From assembly GCA_965279315.1 (NCBI GenBank), contig OZ257145.1:1099582-1163581 (forward strand): 64,000 nucleotides of DNA. Direction: 5' to 3'. The DNA is from Alphaproteobacteria bacterium. GTDB taxonomy: Bacteria > Pseudomonadota > Alphaproteobacteria > Micavibrionales > UBA2020. The number at the start of each line of letters is the position of its first letter. The stretch's first letter is position 1. Positions 8,584 to 18,959 of this stretch are shown piece after piece. The notes below the pieces were generated by a model. That model worked only from the letters and a program-made list of their open reading frames with translations. It did no database searches and was not told the origin of the DNA. Both the position numbers and the translations under genes were made by a program.

Positions 8584-9909
8584 ATGGCAAAGAAACCAGC
8601 CGCGAAATCGGTCGGCAAAGGCGCGGTCGCGCCCCAACCGGAACACGGCACGCAGTTCGCGCCCGAAGTGAAGAACGTCATTAAACTGACGCTCGCCTTC
8701 ACCAAGGCCGTGGGCAAAAACCAGCAGGACAAATCCGACAACCTTGTCGTCTCCCCCTACAACGCGCTCGCCGCGTTGTCGATGGTGACCAAGGGCGCGG
8801 ACGGCAAGACGCGCGAAGAGCTCGCGCAGGCGCTGTTCGGCGTGAAGGGCAAAGACCTTGATAAGGCAGCCGATGCCTATGCTGCGCTCAACAACGACGT
8901 GCTGGCCGCGAACAAGGGCCAGGTTGAACTGACGACCGCAAACGGCGTCTGGACGAACCGGGATTTCATGACGCTGAAGCCCGATTTTGCCGATGACCTG
9001 AAAAAAACCTTCGGTGCGGAAATCTCCGCCGAAGACTTCGCCGACAAGGCGACGGTCGCGAAAATCAACAAATGGGCCAGCGACAACACCAACGGCCTCA
9101 TCCCCAGCGTGCTCGACAAGCTGAAAAAAGACGACGCGGCGATCCTCGCCTCGGCGCTCTACTTCAAAGGCCAGTGGACACACAAGTTTGACAAGAAATT
9201 GACCGAAGACAAGCCTTTCGCGCTGGATGGCAACAAACTCAACACCACGCCGACCATGCATCAGGATTTCGGCCGCCGTGACGATTTCACGTTCAGCAAC
9301 GGCAATGATTATCAGGCGGTCGCGCTGACCTATGGCGAGAAAAATGCGAAGGAAGGCAAACAGCCAACCATGCGCATCATCCTCGTCCGCCCGACGGATG
9401 AAAATGTTTCCGCGCGGGACTGGCTGGCGACACAGGCGAACGGGGCCGTGCCCGAATGGCTCGACCCCTACGCCTTCCGCAATGCCGAGGGTTCGGTCGA
9501 ACTGCCGCGCCTCGACATCAAGCAGAATTTCGACCTGATCCCCGCCATGAAAGACATGGGCGTGAAGGAAGCGTTCAACGAACAGGGCGCGGATTTCAGC
9601 AAGATGGCGGAAAAGATCGGCAAGGAACTCTATATCGGAAAAATCAGCCACGACACCGTTTTCAAGACAGATGAAAATGGCTCGGAAGCGGCTGCTGTTA
9701 CCGTCGTCGGGATGGTGCGCGCGACCAGCATCCAGATGCCGCCGCCCCGCATCGACCTGAAACTCGACCGCTCTTTCGCGTTCGCCCTGCAGGACATCAA
9801 GACCGGTGCGGTGCTGTTCATCGGCGCGGTCAATAAACCAAACAACGACCTGAAACCGGCGCAGGCGGCAGCGAAAAAGCCCAAGGCAGCCACCCGCAAA
9901 ATGATCTAA
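8584..9909 (+). CDS. serpin family protein, paralogue 3 (no signal peptide)
   Basis: 441 aa, 14 nt after paralogue 2. Carries NLVVSPYNALAALSMVTKGADGKTREELAQALF, the hinge ENGSEAAAVTVVGMVRATSIQMPPP, and DRSFAFALQD. Confidence 0.9.
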   Translation: MAKKPAAKSVGKGAVAPQPEHGTQFAPEVKNVIKLTLAFTKAVGKNQQDKSDNLVVSPYNALAALSMVTKGADGKTREELAQALFGVKGKDLDKAADAYAALNNDVLAANKGQVELTTANGVWTNRDFMTLKPDFADDLKKTFGAEISAEDFADKATVAKINKWASDNTNGLIPSVLDKLKKDDAAILASALYFKGQWTHKFDKKLTEDKPFALDGNKLNTTPTMHQDFGRRDDFTFSNGNDYQAVALTYGEKNAKEGKQPTMRIILVRPTDENVSARDWLATQANGAVPEWLDPYAFRNAEGSVELPRLDIKQNFDLIPAMKDMGVKEAFNEQGADFSKMAEKIGKELYIGKISHDTVFKTDENGSEAAAVTVVGMVRATSIQMPPPRIDLKLDRSFAFALQDIKTGAVLFIGAVNKPNNDLKPAQAAAKKPKAATRKMI

Positions 9910-9927
9910 GGCGGCAGGCATAAATGC

Positions 9928-9964
9928 GAAACGGCCCGAACCATGGTTCGGGCCGTTTTATTTT
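9928..9964. terminator. bidirectional intrinsic terminator after the serpin operon
   Basis: AACGGCCCGAA-ccatgg-TTCGGGCCGTT followed by TTTTATTTT. Lies between the convergent serpin 3 and the lipoprotein gene. Confidence 0.7.
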
Positions 9965-9977
9965 GCGCGGGTTTTTG

Positions 9978-10340
9978 TCAGCAACCGCTACCCTTCAATC
10001 CCCATTTCGACACGCGGCCCTGCACCAGCATGAACGTGGTTTCGCAGGCCGTTGTTTCGCGGGCGGGCGGCAATGCGCCGATGCAGTTGTTATACCCGAA
10101 ACGTCCGCCATAGCCGCCCATGCAGGTGTTGAACGAACCGCCGTAATCGCGGTTGCGGATTTCAACGTAGGACAGCATGCGGGTTGCGCGGTCGAGCTGG
10201 TAGGTTTTGTCGGGGATGCCGAGGGTGGAAACAAGTTCCTTTTCCGACGCGCCGATCCAGCGGTCGAGCCGCGCGTTACGGTCGCCAGCGGACGCGCAGG
10301 CGGATAATAACAAAACGGCCAGGATGGCGAATTTGCGCAT
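9978..10340 (-). CDS. lipoprotein (hypothetical)
   Basis: MRKFAILAVLLLSAC gives a signal peptide plus a lipobox cysteine. 120 aa, Gly/Cys-containing. No family recognised. Confidence 0.65.
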   Translation of the reverse strand: MRKFAILAVLLLSACASAGDRNARLDRWIGASEKELVSTLGIPDKTYQLDRATRMLSYVEIRNRDYGGSFNTCMGGYGGRFGYNNCIGALPPARETTACETTFMLVQGRVSKWGLKGSGC

Positions 10341-10359
10341 CTGTTTTCTCCCTTATCCC

Positions 10360-12759
10360 TTACGAACGCAAGGATGCGCCGGTTTGTTTCACGACGCCGT
10401 CGACGATTTTCTGGCTGACGGCGTTGATTTCCTCGTCCGTCAGCGTTTTTTCGACGGGCTGCAGCGTCACGCCGACTGCGACGGATTTCTTGCCGGGATC
10501 GACGCCCTTGCCGGTGTATACATCGAAAATCTCGACATGGGTGATGAGGCTCCTGTCGGCGGCCTTGATGGCCTTCACCAGTTTTTCCGCCTCCACCTTG
10601 TCATCCAGCACAAAGGCGAAATCGCGGCGCAGCGGCTGGAAGGGAGAGGGTTTCAGCAGTTCCTTGCGCGAGCCTTTTTTCTTGGGCGCGGGGATATTGG
10701 CGAGGAACACTTCAAATCCGGCGCATTTTTCATCGCGCTTCATGGTCGCCAGCACAGCGGGGTGCATTTCGCCGAAATAGGCGAGCACGGTCGGCCCCTG
10801 ACGCAATACGCCGGAGCGTCCCGGGTGATACCATTCGGGCGCGTCGGTCGTGATTTGCACTGATGCCGGGTTCACGCCGCAGCTTTCCAGCACCGCCAGC
10901 GCATCCGATTTCGCATCGAACACATCGACATCCCGCGCCGTTTGCGCCCAGTGGCGCGAGGTGGAGGCGCCGGTGCGAAGTCCCGTTGCGGTCATCAACT
11001 GGCCTTCGGCCTCGGTCGATTTGAAAACGGTGCCGATTTCAAACAGGCAGGCATCCGGATGCCCGCGATCGGCATTGCGCCCCGCCGCCGTGACAAGGTT
11101 CGGCAGGATTGATGGCCGCATGACGGCGAGATCCGCCGAAATGGGGTTGGTCAGCGTCAGCGATTTCTTGTTCTGGTGCAATTGCGCGCCAAACAGGTCG
11201 GATGTCGCGTCATCCATGAACGACCATGTGACGGTTTCAAACAATCCGCGTGCCGCCAGCAGCCGCCGCGCGGTCGCCGCGCGTTTCGCCAGCGGGCTGA
11301 GCGCGCTGCGGCGTTCATCCGCGGCGGGACGGACATAAACGGTCGGGATATTGTCGTAGCCTTCGATGCGCAGGATTTCCTCGACAATATCCGCCGGGCC
11401 TTCGACATCGCCGCGCCATGATGGCGTCAGGATATCCCACGACTTGCCGTTATCCTTCACGGTAAAGCCCAGCGTGGTCAGGATATGTTTCTGGCGGTCA
11501 AGCGCAAGATCCATGCCGCCCAGCAGTTTCAGACGCTCCGGCGCGTAGGTGATCGGGCGCGCAGTGTTCGGCACAGAACCAGCAATGCTGAGTTCGCTCG
11601 CCGCGCCCCCGCAAAGCTCGATAATCATTTTCGTCGCCAGTTCCGCGCCGGTTTGCGTGAAAGCGGGGTCGATGCCGCGCTCGAAACGGTAGCGCGCGTC
11701 GCTGTCGATCTGCAGGCGTTGGCCGGTTTTCGCGGTGCGTACGGGGTCGAAATACGCGGCCTCCAGATACACATTCACCGTCGATTCCGAAACGCCCGTC
11801 GATGCGCCGCCGATGATGCCGCCCAATCCCAGCACGCCGGATTCGTCGCAGACGACCGTCATGCCGTCTTCAAGGTCGTATGATTTGTCGTTCAGCGCGG
11901 CCAGCGTCTCGCCCGCTTTCGACAGGCGCACGGTGATGTTGCCCTTCAATTTATCGGCATCAAAGACATGCAAGGGGCGGCCATAGGCGATGGTGAAGAA
12001 GTTGGTGATATCGACCAGTGCCGAAATGGGGCGCAGCCCGATGGATTTCAGCCGGTCCTGCAACCATTGCGGCGACGCGCCGTTCTTCACGCCCTTGATA
12101 TAACGTCCGACAAAGAGGGGGCAGGCATGGCTATCTTTGGTTTCAACAGAAACAGGGTTCTTGAACGTGCCAGCAACCGGCGCATCGGAGGGCTTTTTCA
12201 ATGTGCCAAGGCCGGCAGCTGCCAAATCACGGGCAATGCCAAGGATGCCAGCGCAATCGCCACGGTTGGGCGTCAGGTTGATCTCAATGACGGGGTCGTT
12301 CTGGCCAAGCGCCGCGGCAGCGGGCGAACCGGTCTGCGCGCTGTCGGGCAGTTCGATGATGCCTTTATGCTCGTCGGAGAGCAGCAACTCGCGCTCCGAA
12401 CACATCATGCCGTTGCTTTCCTGCCCGCGGATCAGCGATTTTTTGAGCGTGATGTCTGAACCGGGGATGTAGGAACCGGATGGCGCGAACACGCCCTTCA
12501 TGCCCGCGCGCGCATTCGGCGCGCCGCAGACGACTTTCAGCTTCTCGCGCCCCGTATCGACGACCAGGCATTGCAGCTTGTCGGCATCGGGGTGTTTTTC
12601 GGCGGAAACAACATGCGCCACCACAAAACCGTCAAGGGTTTTGGCGGGATCATCGATGCCTTCGACCTCCAGCCCGATGGCGGTCAGTTTATGGCTGATC
12701 TCGTCCAGCGATGCGGAAGTGTCGAGATGTTCCTTGAGCCAGCTCAGGGTGAATTTCAT
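10360..12759 (-). CDS. pheT: phenylalanine--tRNA ligase beta subunit
   Basis: 799 aa starting MKFTLSWLKEHLDT, the typical PheT N-terminus with tRNA-binding domain. B3/4 and B5 regions are present, and pheS lies directly upstream. Confidence 0.95.
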   Translation of the reverse strand: MKFTLSWLKEHLDTSASLDEISHKLTAIGLEVEGIDDPAKTLDGFVVAHVVSAEKHPDADKLQCLVVDTGREKLKVVCGAPNARAGMKGVFAPSGSYIPGSDITLKKSLIRGQESNGMMCSERELLLSDEHKGIIELPDSAQTGSPAAAALGQNDPVIEINLTPNRGDCAGILGIARDLAAAGLGTLKKPSDAPVAGTFKNPVSVETKDSHACPLFVGRYIKGVKNGASPQWLQDRLKSIGLRPISALVDITNFFTIAYGRPLHVFDADKLKGNITVRLSKAGETLAALNDKSYDLEDGMTVVCDESGVLGLGGIIGGASTGVSESTVNVYLEAAYFDPVRTAKTGQRLQIDSDARYRFERGIDPAFTQTGAELATKMIIELCGGAASELSIAGSVPNTARPITYAPERLKLLGGMDLALDRQKHILTTLGFTVKDNGKSWDILTPSWRGDVEGPADIVEEILRIEGYDNIPTVYVRPAADERRSALSPLAKRAATARRLLAARGLFETVTWSFMDDATSDLFGAQLHQNKKSLTLTNPISADLAVMRPSILPNLVTAAGRNADRGHPDACLFEIGTVFKSTEAEGQLMTATGLRTGASTSRHWAQTARDVDVFDAKSDALAVLESCGVNPASVQITTDAPEWYHPGRSGVLRQGPTVLAYFGEMHPAVLATMKRDEKCAGFEVFLANIPAPKKKGSRKELLKPSPFQPLRRDFAFVLDDKVEAEKLVKAIKAADRSLITHVEIFDVYTGKGVDPGKKSVAVGVTLQPVEKTLTDEEINAVSQKIVDGVVKQTGASLRS

Positions 12760-12773
12760 GGCAGTGGTCTTTC

Positions 12774-13862
12774 TTAAGAGAGGGCAGGGTTCGGTTGTTC
12801 CATCGGGCCGAAACCGTAATGTTTCAACCAGCGCAGGTCCGATTCAAAAAATGTGCGAAGGTCGGGGATGCCGTATTTCAGCATCGCCACGCGTTCAATG
12901 CCCATGCCGAAAGCAAAGCCCTGATATTCGTCGGGGTCGATGCCGCAGCTTTTCAGCACGTTCGGATGCACCATGCCACAGCCGAGGATTTCCAGCCAGT
13001 CATTACCCTCGCCGATTTTCAATTCGCCGCCTGCGCGGGAGCAGCCGATATCCATTTCGGCGGAAGGTTCGGTGAAGGGGAAGAAGCTGGGGCGGAAACG
13101 CGCCTTCAGGTCGTCAACCTCGAAGAAGCGGCGGCAGAATTCAATCAGGCAACCTTTGAGGTGCCCCATATGCGCGGCCTTGTCGATCAGCAGTCCCTCC
13201 ATCTGGTGGAACATGGGGGTATGCGTCATGTCGTAATCGGAGCGATAGGTGCGGCCCGGGATGATGACGCGGATCGGCGGTTTCTGCGTCTGCATCACAT
13301 GCACCTGCACGGTGGATGTATGCGTGCGCAGCAGGCGCTTTGCATCAAGGCCGGTCTTGCCGGGCGCATCCGGGAAATAAAACGTGTCGTGCATCTGGCG
13401 CGCCGGATGCCCGGGCGGGAAGTTGAGCGCGGTGAAGTTGTGGAAATCGTCCTCGATCTCCGGCCCTTCGGCGACGCTGAAACCCATATCGGCAAAGATG
13501 ACGGTCATTTCCTCGATCGTCTGGCTGATCGGGTGAATAGTGCCCTTGCCTTGCGGGCGGGGGCTGAGCGTCACATCGACTTTTTCTTTTTGCAGGCGTT
13601 CATTCAGCGCAGCCGATTTCAGCGTATTCGCGCGCGCCTCGATCTCCGCCGTGATTTCGTCCTTCAGGCGGTTGAGGGCTTGCCCCATTTCCTTGCGCTG
13701 GTCGGGCGTCATCTGGCCCAGTCCCGCCATCAGCCCCGTGACCTTGCCCTTTTTGCCGAGCGCGGAGACGCGCACTTCTTCGAGGGAGTTGATATCGTTG
13801 GCGGCCTTTACCGTTTCAACGATTTCTTTTTTCAGCGCGTCGATATTGCTCATGTCCGTCAT
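12774..13862 (-). CDS. pheS: phenylalanine--tRNA ligase alpha subunit
   Basis: 362 aa with class II aaRS core [11 protein letters not shown] and [18 protein letters not shown]. Adjacent to pheT. Confidence 0.95.
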   Translation of the reverse strand: MTDMSNIDALKKEIVETVKAANDINSLEEVRVSALGKKGKVTGLMAGLGQMTPDQRKEMGQALNRLKDEITAEIEARANTLKSAALNERLQKEKVDVTLSPRPQGKGTIHPISQTIEEMTVIFADMGFSVAEGPEIEDDFHNFTALNFPPGHPARQMHDTFYFPDAPGKTGLDAKRLLRTHTSTVQVHVMQTQKPPIRVIIPGRTYRSDYDMTHTPMFHQMEGLLIDKAAHMGHLKGCLIEFCRRFFEVDDLKARFRPSFFPFTEPSAEMDIGCSRAGGELKIGEGNDWLEILGCGMVHPNVLKSCGIDPDEYQGFAFGMGIERVAMLKYGIPDLRTFFESDLRWLKHYGFGPMEQPNPALS

Positions 13863-13870
13863 CTTTTTGG

Positions 13871-14203
13871 TTAGGGTTCCGTGCCGGGAGCAAGGGTGAC
13901 TTGCAGCCCGTCCAGTTGCTCGCTCATGATGATCTGGCAGCAGAGGCGCGAATTGTCCTGCACCGCGAATGCCTCGTCCATCATGTAAATCTCGTCTTCG
14001 CCGGCGGGGGCCAGCTTATCGGTCCACGCCGCATCCACATAGACATGGCAGGTGGCGCAGGCCAATGATCCGCCGCATTCCGCCTTGATCGCCACATTCG
14101 GGTCTGTCATGCCGTGATCGCGGATGATTTCCATCACGCGCCAGCCTTCGATGGCGTCCAGTTCCTGCTCAACCCCGTTGCGGCCCGTCACGCGGATCAT
14201 CAT
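13871..14203 (-). CDS. 2Fe-2S ferredoxin (adrenodoxin type)
   Basis: 110 aa with cluster ligand pattern [16 protein letters not shown]...LCCQI. Confidence 0.85.
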   Translation of the reverse strand: MMIRVTGRNGVEQELDAIEGWRVMEIIRDHGMTDPNVAIKAECGGSLACATCHVYVDAAWTDKLAPAGEDEIYMMDEAFAVQDNSRLCCQIIMSEQLDGLQVTLAPGTEP

Positions 14204-14988
14204 GGCTTGCGCTCCATGATGTCCTTCAGCGCAAAGCCGCCGGCCGCCGCCAGCAGCGACATCATCAACATCTGCACGGGCGCGCTGAGCAGGGCGAGCG
14301 GCAGCATGCGCGGGTCGTAAATATCGGTGATATTATCAGGCACGACCAGTACGCTAATGATCTTGAAGACCGCGATAACAGGCAACACCGCAAGAAACGC
14401 CATGCCCGCAAGCCTGAATGAAATGCCGAGCCCCGCAACACGGCGGATATAGCGCGTAACCGGATAATCAACCGCCGCCAGGATATGCGCAACGCCGTAG
14501 CGTATGCACCAGAAAGTGCCGCCGAATATCAGCAGGCTGAGCGTTGCAGCCCAGAGGGGCACGGCAGGCGGGCTGACGGCAACGCCACGGGCGTCCTGAA
14601 AAAAGCTTTGCATCAGCATGCTCTGGAATCCCAGAAGCGCCACCAGGCCCATGCAGAACAGAAGCCAGACAATGATCGACGCGTTCATGCCGCGCCGGCG
14701 GCTGGCAAGGTAATCGGGATCTGCGGGCAATTTATTGACGCGCTCCCCCATCATCAGCAGGCGCGACAGGTGGAACATGTACCAGCCGGTCAGCATGCTG
14801 GAGGGCAATCCCCAGCTGAAGGTTTCAAACGTGCTCATATCGCGACCGTTCATTAACAGCAGCACGGTCGTCAACGCATCGACGCCCACCGGCAGCAGCG
14901 CGATGCGCGCAAGATAACGCCATTCACTGCCGACAAAGATGTAGGCATTGCGAACCGCGTTGGTGATGTTGAACTGGCTGCCGCTCAT
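14200..14988 (-). CDS. polytopic membrane protein (hypothetical)
   Basis: 262 aa with about 6 hydrophobic segments. Its stop overlaps the ferredoxin start (ATGA). No family recognised. Confidence 0.6.
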   Translation of the reverse strand: MSGSQFNITNAVRNAYIFVGSEWRYLARIALLPVGVDALTTVLLLMNGRDMSTFETFSWGLPSSMLTGWYMFHLSRLLMMGERVNKLPADPDYLASRRRGMNASIIVWLLFCMGLVALLGFQSMLMQSFFQDARGVAVSPPAVPLWAATLSLLIFGGTFWCIRYGVAHILAAVDYPVTRYIRRVAGLGISFRLAGMAFLAVLPVIAVFKIISVLVVPDNITDIYDPRMLPLALLSAPVQMLMMSLLAAAGGFALKDIMERKP

Positions 14989-15029
14989 GAATCCGTTGTT
15001 TCCAAAATTTTCCTATTTTCCCGCTTTAA

Positions 15030-16070
<1,041 letters not shown>

Positions 16071-16117
16071 TCAGAAATAGGTGAAAAGGCGCGTAAAATC
16101 AAGGGTTTTAGGGGTTT

Positions 16118-16693
16118 TTAGCGGCCAAGTCCCTGATATAGGCCGGGAATGTTGCTTTTGGGCGGCGGCACGACGGTCGTGATGTCGCCCGTGACAGGCC
16201 AGAGTTTCAGTTTATCCGCATGTTCGGGGCGGACGAGGCCTGCCGCGACCGACTTGTCGAACGATTGCTTGAGGCCGTCGAGGTAATCAGACACCTGCAC
16301 CAAAATGACCGCAGGGCCGTTCTCGTAAACGGCCTTTTCCAGCGCCTGCATCACTTCGCGCATCGATCCGGGGCCGCCGGGGAGGGAGAACAGGGCGGTG
16401 GGGTTGTTATGCGTCGTTAGAACCTTGAAGCGTTCCTGTTCGGACGTGACATGGATATGCCCCGCTTTTTCAAATTGCGGTTCGTCGCGGTATTGTTCCA
16501 GCACCACGGCGGTCACTTTGCCGCCTGCGGCCAGTGCCGCGCCGGCAACCGCGCCCATCACGCCGCGCGTGCCGCCGCCGTACAGGATTTCGTGGCCGGC
16601 CAGTGCCAGCTTGCGGCCGAGTTCGGCGGCCGCCTCCATGATGGCCGGATCATCCGGTGTTTTCGATCCTGCGAATACGGCGACGGTTGCCAT
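16118..16693 (-). CDS. LOG/TIGR00730 family Rossmann-fold nucleotide-binding protein
   Basis: 191 aa with VFAGS...LYGGGTRGVMGAVA and PGGPGSMREVMQALE (the PGGxGTxxE-type motif). Confidence 0.8.
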   Translation of the reverse strand: MATVAVFAGSKTPDDPAIMEAAAELGRKLALAGHEILYGGGTRGVMGAVAGAALAAGGKVTAVVLEQYRDEPQFEKAGHIHVTSEQERFKVLTTHNNPTALFSLPGGPGSMREVMQALEKAVYENGPAVILVQVSDYLDGLKQSFDKSVAAGLVRPEHADKLKLWPVTGDITTVVPPPKSNIPGLYQGLGR

Positions 16694-17172
16694 TACAGGA
16701 AACCTCCGCCATTCGGTTTGGGCAGAACGCGCGTCATGAAACGGCCGAATTTGCTGAATTTGCCTGTTTCTTCATGCGGCGTCGGCACGTTGCGGAATGC
16801 CACGCCGCGCACATGGTTGTTGCCGATGTAATTCAGCACGTCGTAAATTTCCTTGGGATTTTTCAGCTCTTCCTTTTTATTGTCGAAGGTGAGCGAGGTG
16901 ATGGTCATCGCGCTGTCGGCATGCCATTCGGCACGCAGTTCGGTTTTGTATTCCTGCCCGTTGCGGCGGATGGTGGCATCCAGCGCAAAAGTCTTGCCGT
17001 CGACCATGTTGCTGATCGTATAGGTCGCGTAATTCTGGGCGGGGTTGCCCCATTCCTTCGTCTCGCTGGTGCCGCGCGCGGGCGCGCCCAGGATGAACGT
17101 CACATCGCTTGTGTTCAGGCGGTTGGGCGGGATCTGGCGGGCGGCGCTGTCGCCGAATAATTTTTTGAGCAT
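16693..17172 (-). CDS. hypothetical protein
   Basis: 159-aa ORF whose stop region overlaps the LOG gene start by 1 nt. No signal peptide and no family recognised. Confidence 0.5.
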   Translation of the reverse strand: MLKKLFGDSAARQIPPNRLNTSDVTFILGAPARGTSETKEWGNPAQNYATYTISNMVDGKTFALDATIRRNGQEYKTELRAEWHADSAMTITSLTFDNKKEELKNPKEIYDVLNYIGNNHVRGVAFRNVPTPHEETGKFSKFGRFMTRVLPKPNGGGFL

Positions 17173-17289
17173 TATGAATTCTCCTGCCAGACAGAATACG
17201 CCGCTTTGGGGGTAGGGTCAATAAATATGGGAAATGTCATATTTATCAAAGAGTTTAAGTGTTTAGCAAAAAAGGCTAGACTGGCAGCC

Positions 17290-18120
17290 ATGAAAAAGTA
17301 CCACCTTCACCTGATTTCCGATTCCACCGGCGGCACGCTCAATAGCGTGGTGAAGGCCTGCCTTGCGCAGTTTGATTCCGTGCAGGCGGAACAGCACTTC
17401 TGGCCCCTTGTCAGAACCCAAAAACAGCTGCTGACGGCAATCGAGGGCATCCGGAAAAATCCCGGCCTTGTGCTTTATACGCTGGTCGATGAAGGCCTCG
17501 AAAAGGCGCTCGCGAAACATTGCGAGACGATGGGGCTGCTGGGCATCTCGATCCTGCACCCCGTCATCGCGCTGATGAGTGGCTTTTTCGGGCAGGAATC
17601 GCGCGCGGAGCCGGGTCTGCAGCACCAGTTGAACGAAGAATATTTCGCGCGCATGGATGCGGTCGATTACGCGCTGCACCATGATGACGGCCTGAAAAAC
17701 GACCGCGACCTTGCCCATGCCGACGTTATTCTGGTGGGTGTGTCGCGCACATCCAAAACCCCGACTTGCGTTTACCTTGCCAATCGCGGCGTCAAGGCGG
17801 CGAATGTGCCCTATGTGCCGGGTATCCCGTTCCCCGAAAAAATCCTCGACCTGAAAAAGCCGATGTTCGTGGGGCTGACCGCAGCGCCCGAACGCCTGAT
17901 CGACATCCGCCGCAACCGCCTTGCCCAGCTGGGCGAAATACGGGAGACGGACTACCTCGACGCCGAACGCGTGCAGGAAGAAGTCAAACAGGCGCGCCGT
18001 TTTTACAGCAAGAACGACTGGCCCGTGATTGACGTCACGCGCCGCTCGATCGAGGAAACCGCCGCCGAAATTTTGTCGCTGCTCGATATACACCGCAGCC
18101 AGCCCAAGGAGACCGCATGA
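17290..18120 (+). CDS. pyruvate,phosphate dikinase / PEP synthase regulatory protein (DUF299 kinase-pyrophosphorylase)
   Basis: Start trimmed to MKKYHLHLISDSTGGTLN. P-loop-like GVSRTSKTPTCVYLA. Confidence 0.85.
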   Translation: MKKYHLHLISDSTGGTLNSVVKACLAQFDSVQAEQHFWPLVRTQKQLLTAIEGIRKNPGLVLYTLVDEGLEKALAKHCETMGLLGISILHPVIALMSGFFGQESRAEPGLQHQLNEEYFARMDAVDYALHHDDGLKNDRDLAHADVILVGVSRTSKTPTCVYLANRGVKAANVPYVPGIPFPEKILDLKKPMFVGLTAAPERLIDIRRNRLAQLGEIRETDYLDAERVQEEVKQARRFYSKNDWPVIDVTRRSIEETAAEILSLLDIHRSQPKETA

Positions 18121-18959
18121 GCCCCCAAGATACAGCCCCGCTGCGCCGCGCCTGCGTGCTGGGATTCCCGGTGTCGCAATCCCTGTCGCCGAAACTGCAT
18201 AACTGGTGGCTGCAGAAATACCAGGTGGCGGGCGCCTATACCGCGATGGCGATACCCGTCGCGCATTTGCCGGACGCGCTGAAAATGCTGGTCGACCGCG
18301 GTTTTTCCGGCTGCAACATCACAGCGCCGCTGAAGGAAGCCGCCCTGTCATTGATGCAGTCGCATGACGAAAGCTGCCTGATGTCGGGCGCGGTCAACAC
18401 CGTCATCGTGCGCGAAGGCCGGTTGTGCGGCTATAACAGCGACGGTTTCGGTTTCATTGAATCGCTGAAATCGCAGGCGCCGAAATGGGATGGCAGCCGC
18501 GTCGTCATCCTCGGCACCGGCGGCGCATCGCGCGGCATCATTGCGTCCCTGCGCGGCGCGGGGGCTAAGCATTTCTCCCTCGTCAACCGCACGCCGGAAA
18601 AAGCGCAGAAAATCGTGAAGGCCTTTTCGCTGGATGCAGACATCTATAAATGGGAACAGCGCAACGACGCGCTGCGGGATGCGACGCTGGTCGTCAACTG
18701 CTCGACGCTCGGCATGGTCGGGCACCCGCCGCTCAGCATCGACCTTACGAAACTGCCGCTGACATCGACGGTCTGCGATATCGTCTACCGCCCGCTGATG
18801 ACCGATTTGCTGACGCAGGCGAAGCGCCGCGGGCATCCGGTCGTCGAAGGGCTTGGCATGCTGCTGCATCAGGGGCGCCTTGGTTTCGCGCTGTGGTACG
18901 GGCGCGACCCGGAAGTGTCGCCGGAGCTTTACAAATACATGGGGGAACTGGCGGCATGA
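18117..18959 (+). CDS. aroE: shikimate dehydrogenase
   Basis: 280 aa with LGFPVSQSLSPKLHN, NITAPLKE, GAVNT and ILGTGGASRG. ATGA overlap with the upstream gene. Confidence 0.9.
   Translation: MSPQDTAPLRRACVLGFPVSQSLSPKLHNWWLQKYQVAGAYTAMAIPVAHLPDALKMLVDRGFSGCNITAPLKEAALSLMQSHDESCLMSGAVNTVIVREGRLCGYNSDGFGFIESLKSQAPKWDGSRVVILGTGGASRGIIASLRGAGAKHFSLVNRTPEKAQKIVKAFSLDADIYKWEQRNDALRDATLVVNCSTLGMVGHPPLSIDLTKLPLTSTVCDIVYRPLMTDLLTQAKRRGHPVVEGLGMLLHQGRLGFALWYGRDPEVSPELYKYMGELAA

Noticed and set aside
5957-9921. Long minus-strand ORFs (353, 427 and 451 aa) mirroring the three serpin genes
   Set aside because: Each is almost exactly co-extensive with a + strand serpin that has clear family motifs. The products are Gly/Arg/Val/Phe-rich with no motifs. 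These are typical shadow ORFs in GC-rich DNA.
12795-13874. 359-aa + strand ORF opposite pheS. The same pattern occurs at 15144-16121, 23774-24694, 33418-34536, 35255-36268, 37709-38650, 54889-55869 and 53554-54336
   Set aside because: All are antisense to genes with unambiguous family signatures, and their compositions are biased (R/G/A/H/D-rich).
18650-18955. N-terminal 102 codons of ORF 18650-19585. Similar long N-extensions occur in ORFs 19479, 25822, 45206, 46752, 57658 and 32649-33776
   Set aside because: The extensions overlap the preceding gene in another frame. Conserved N-termini (P-loops, signal peptides) begin at internal starts that abut or overlap the upstream stop codons.
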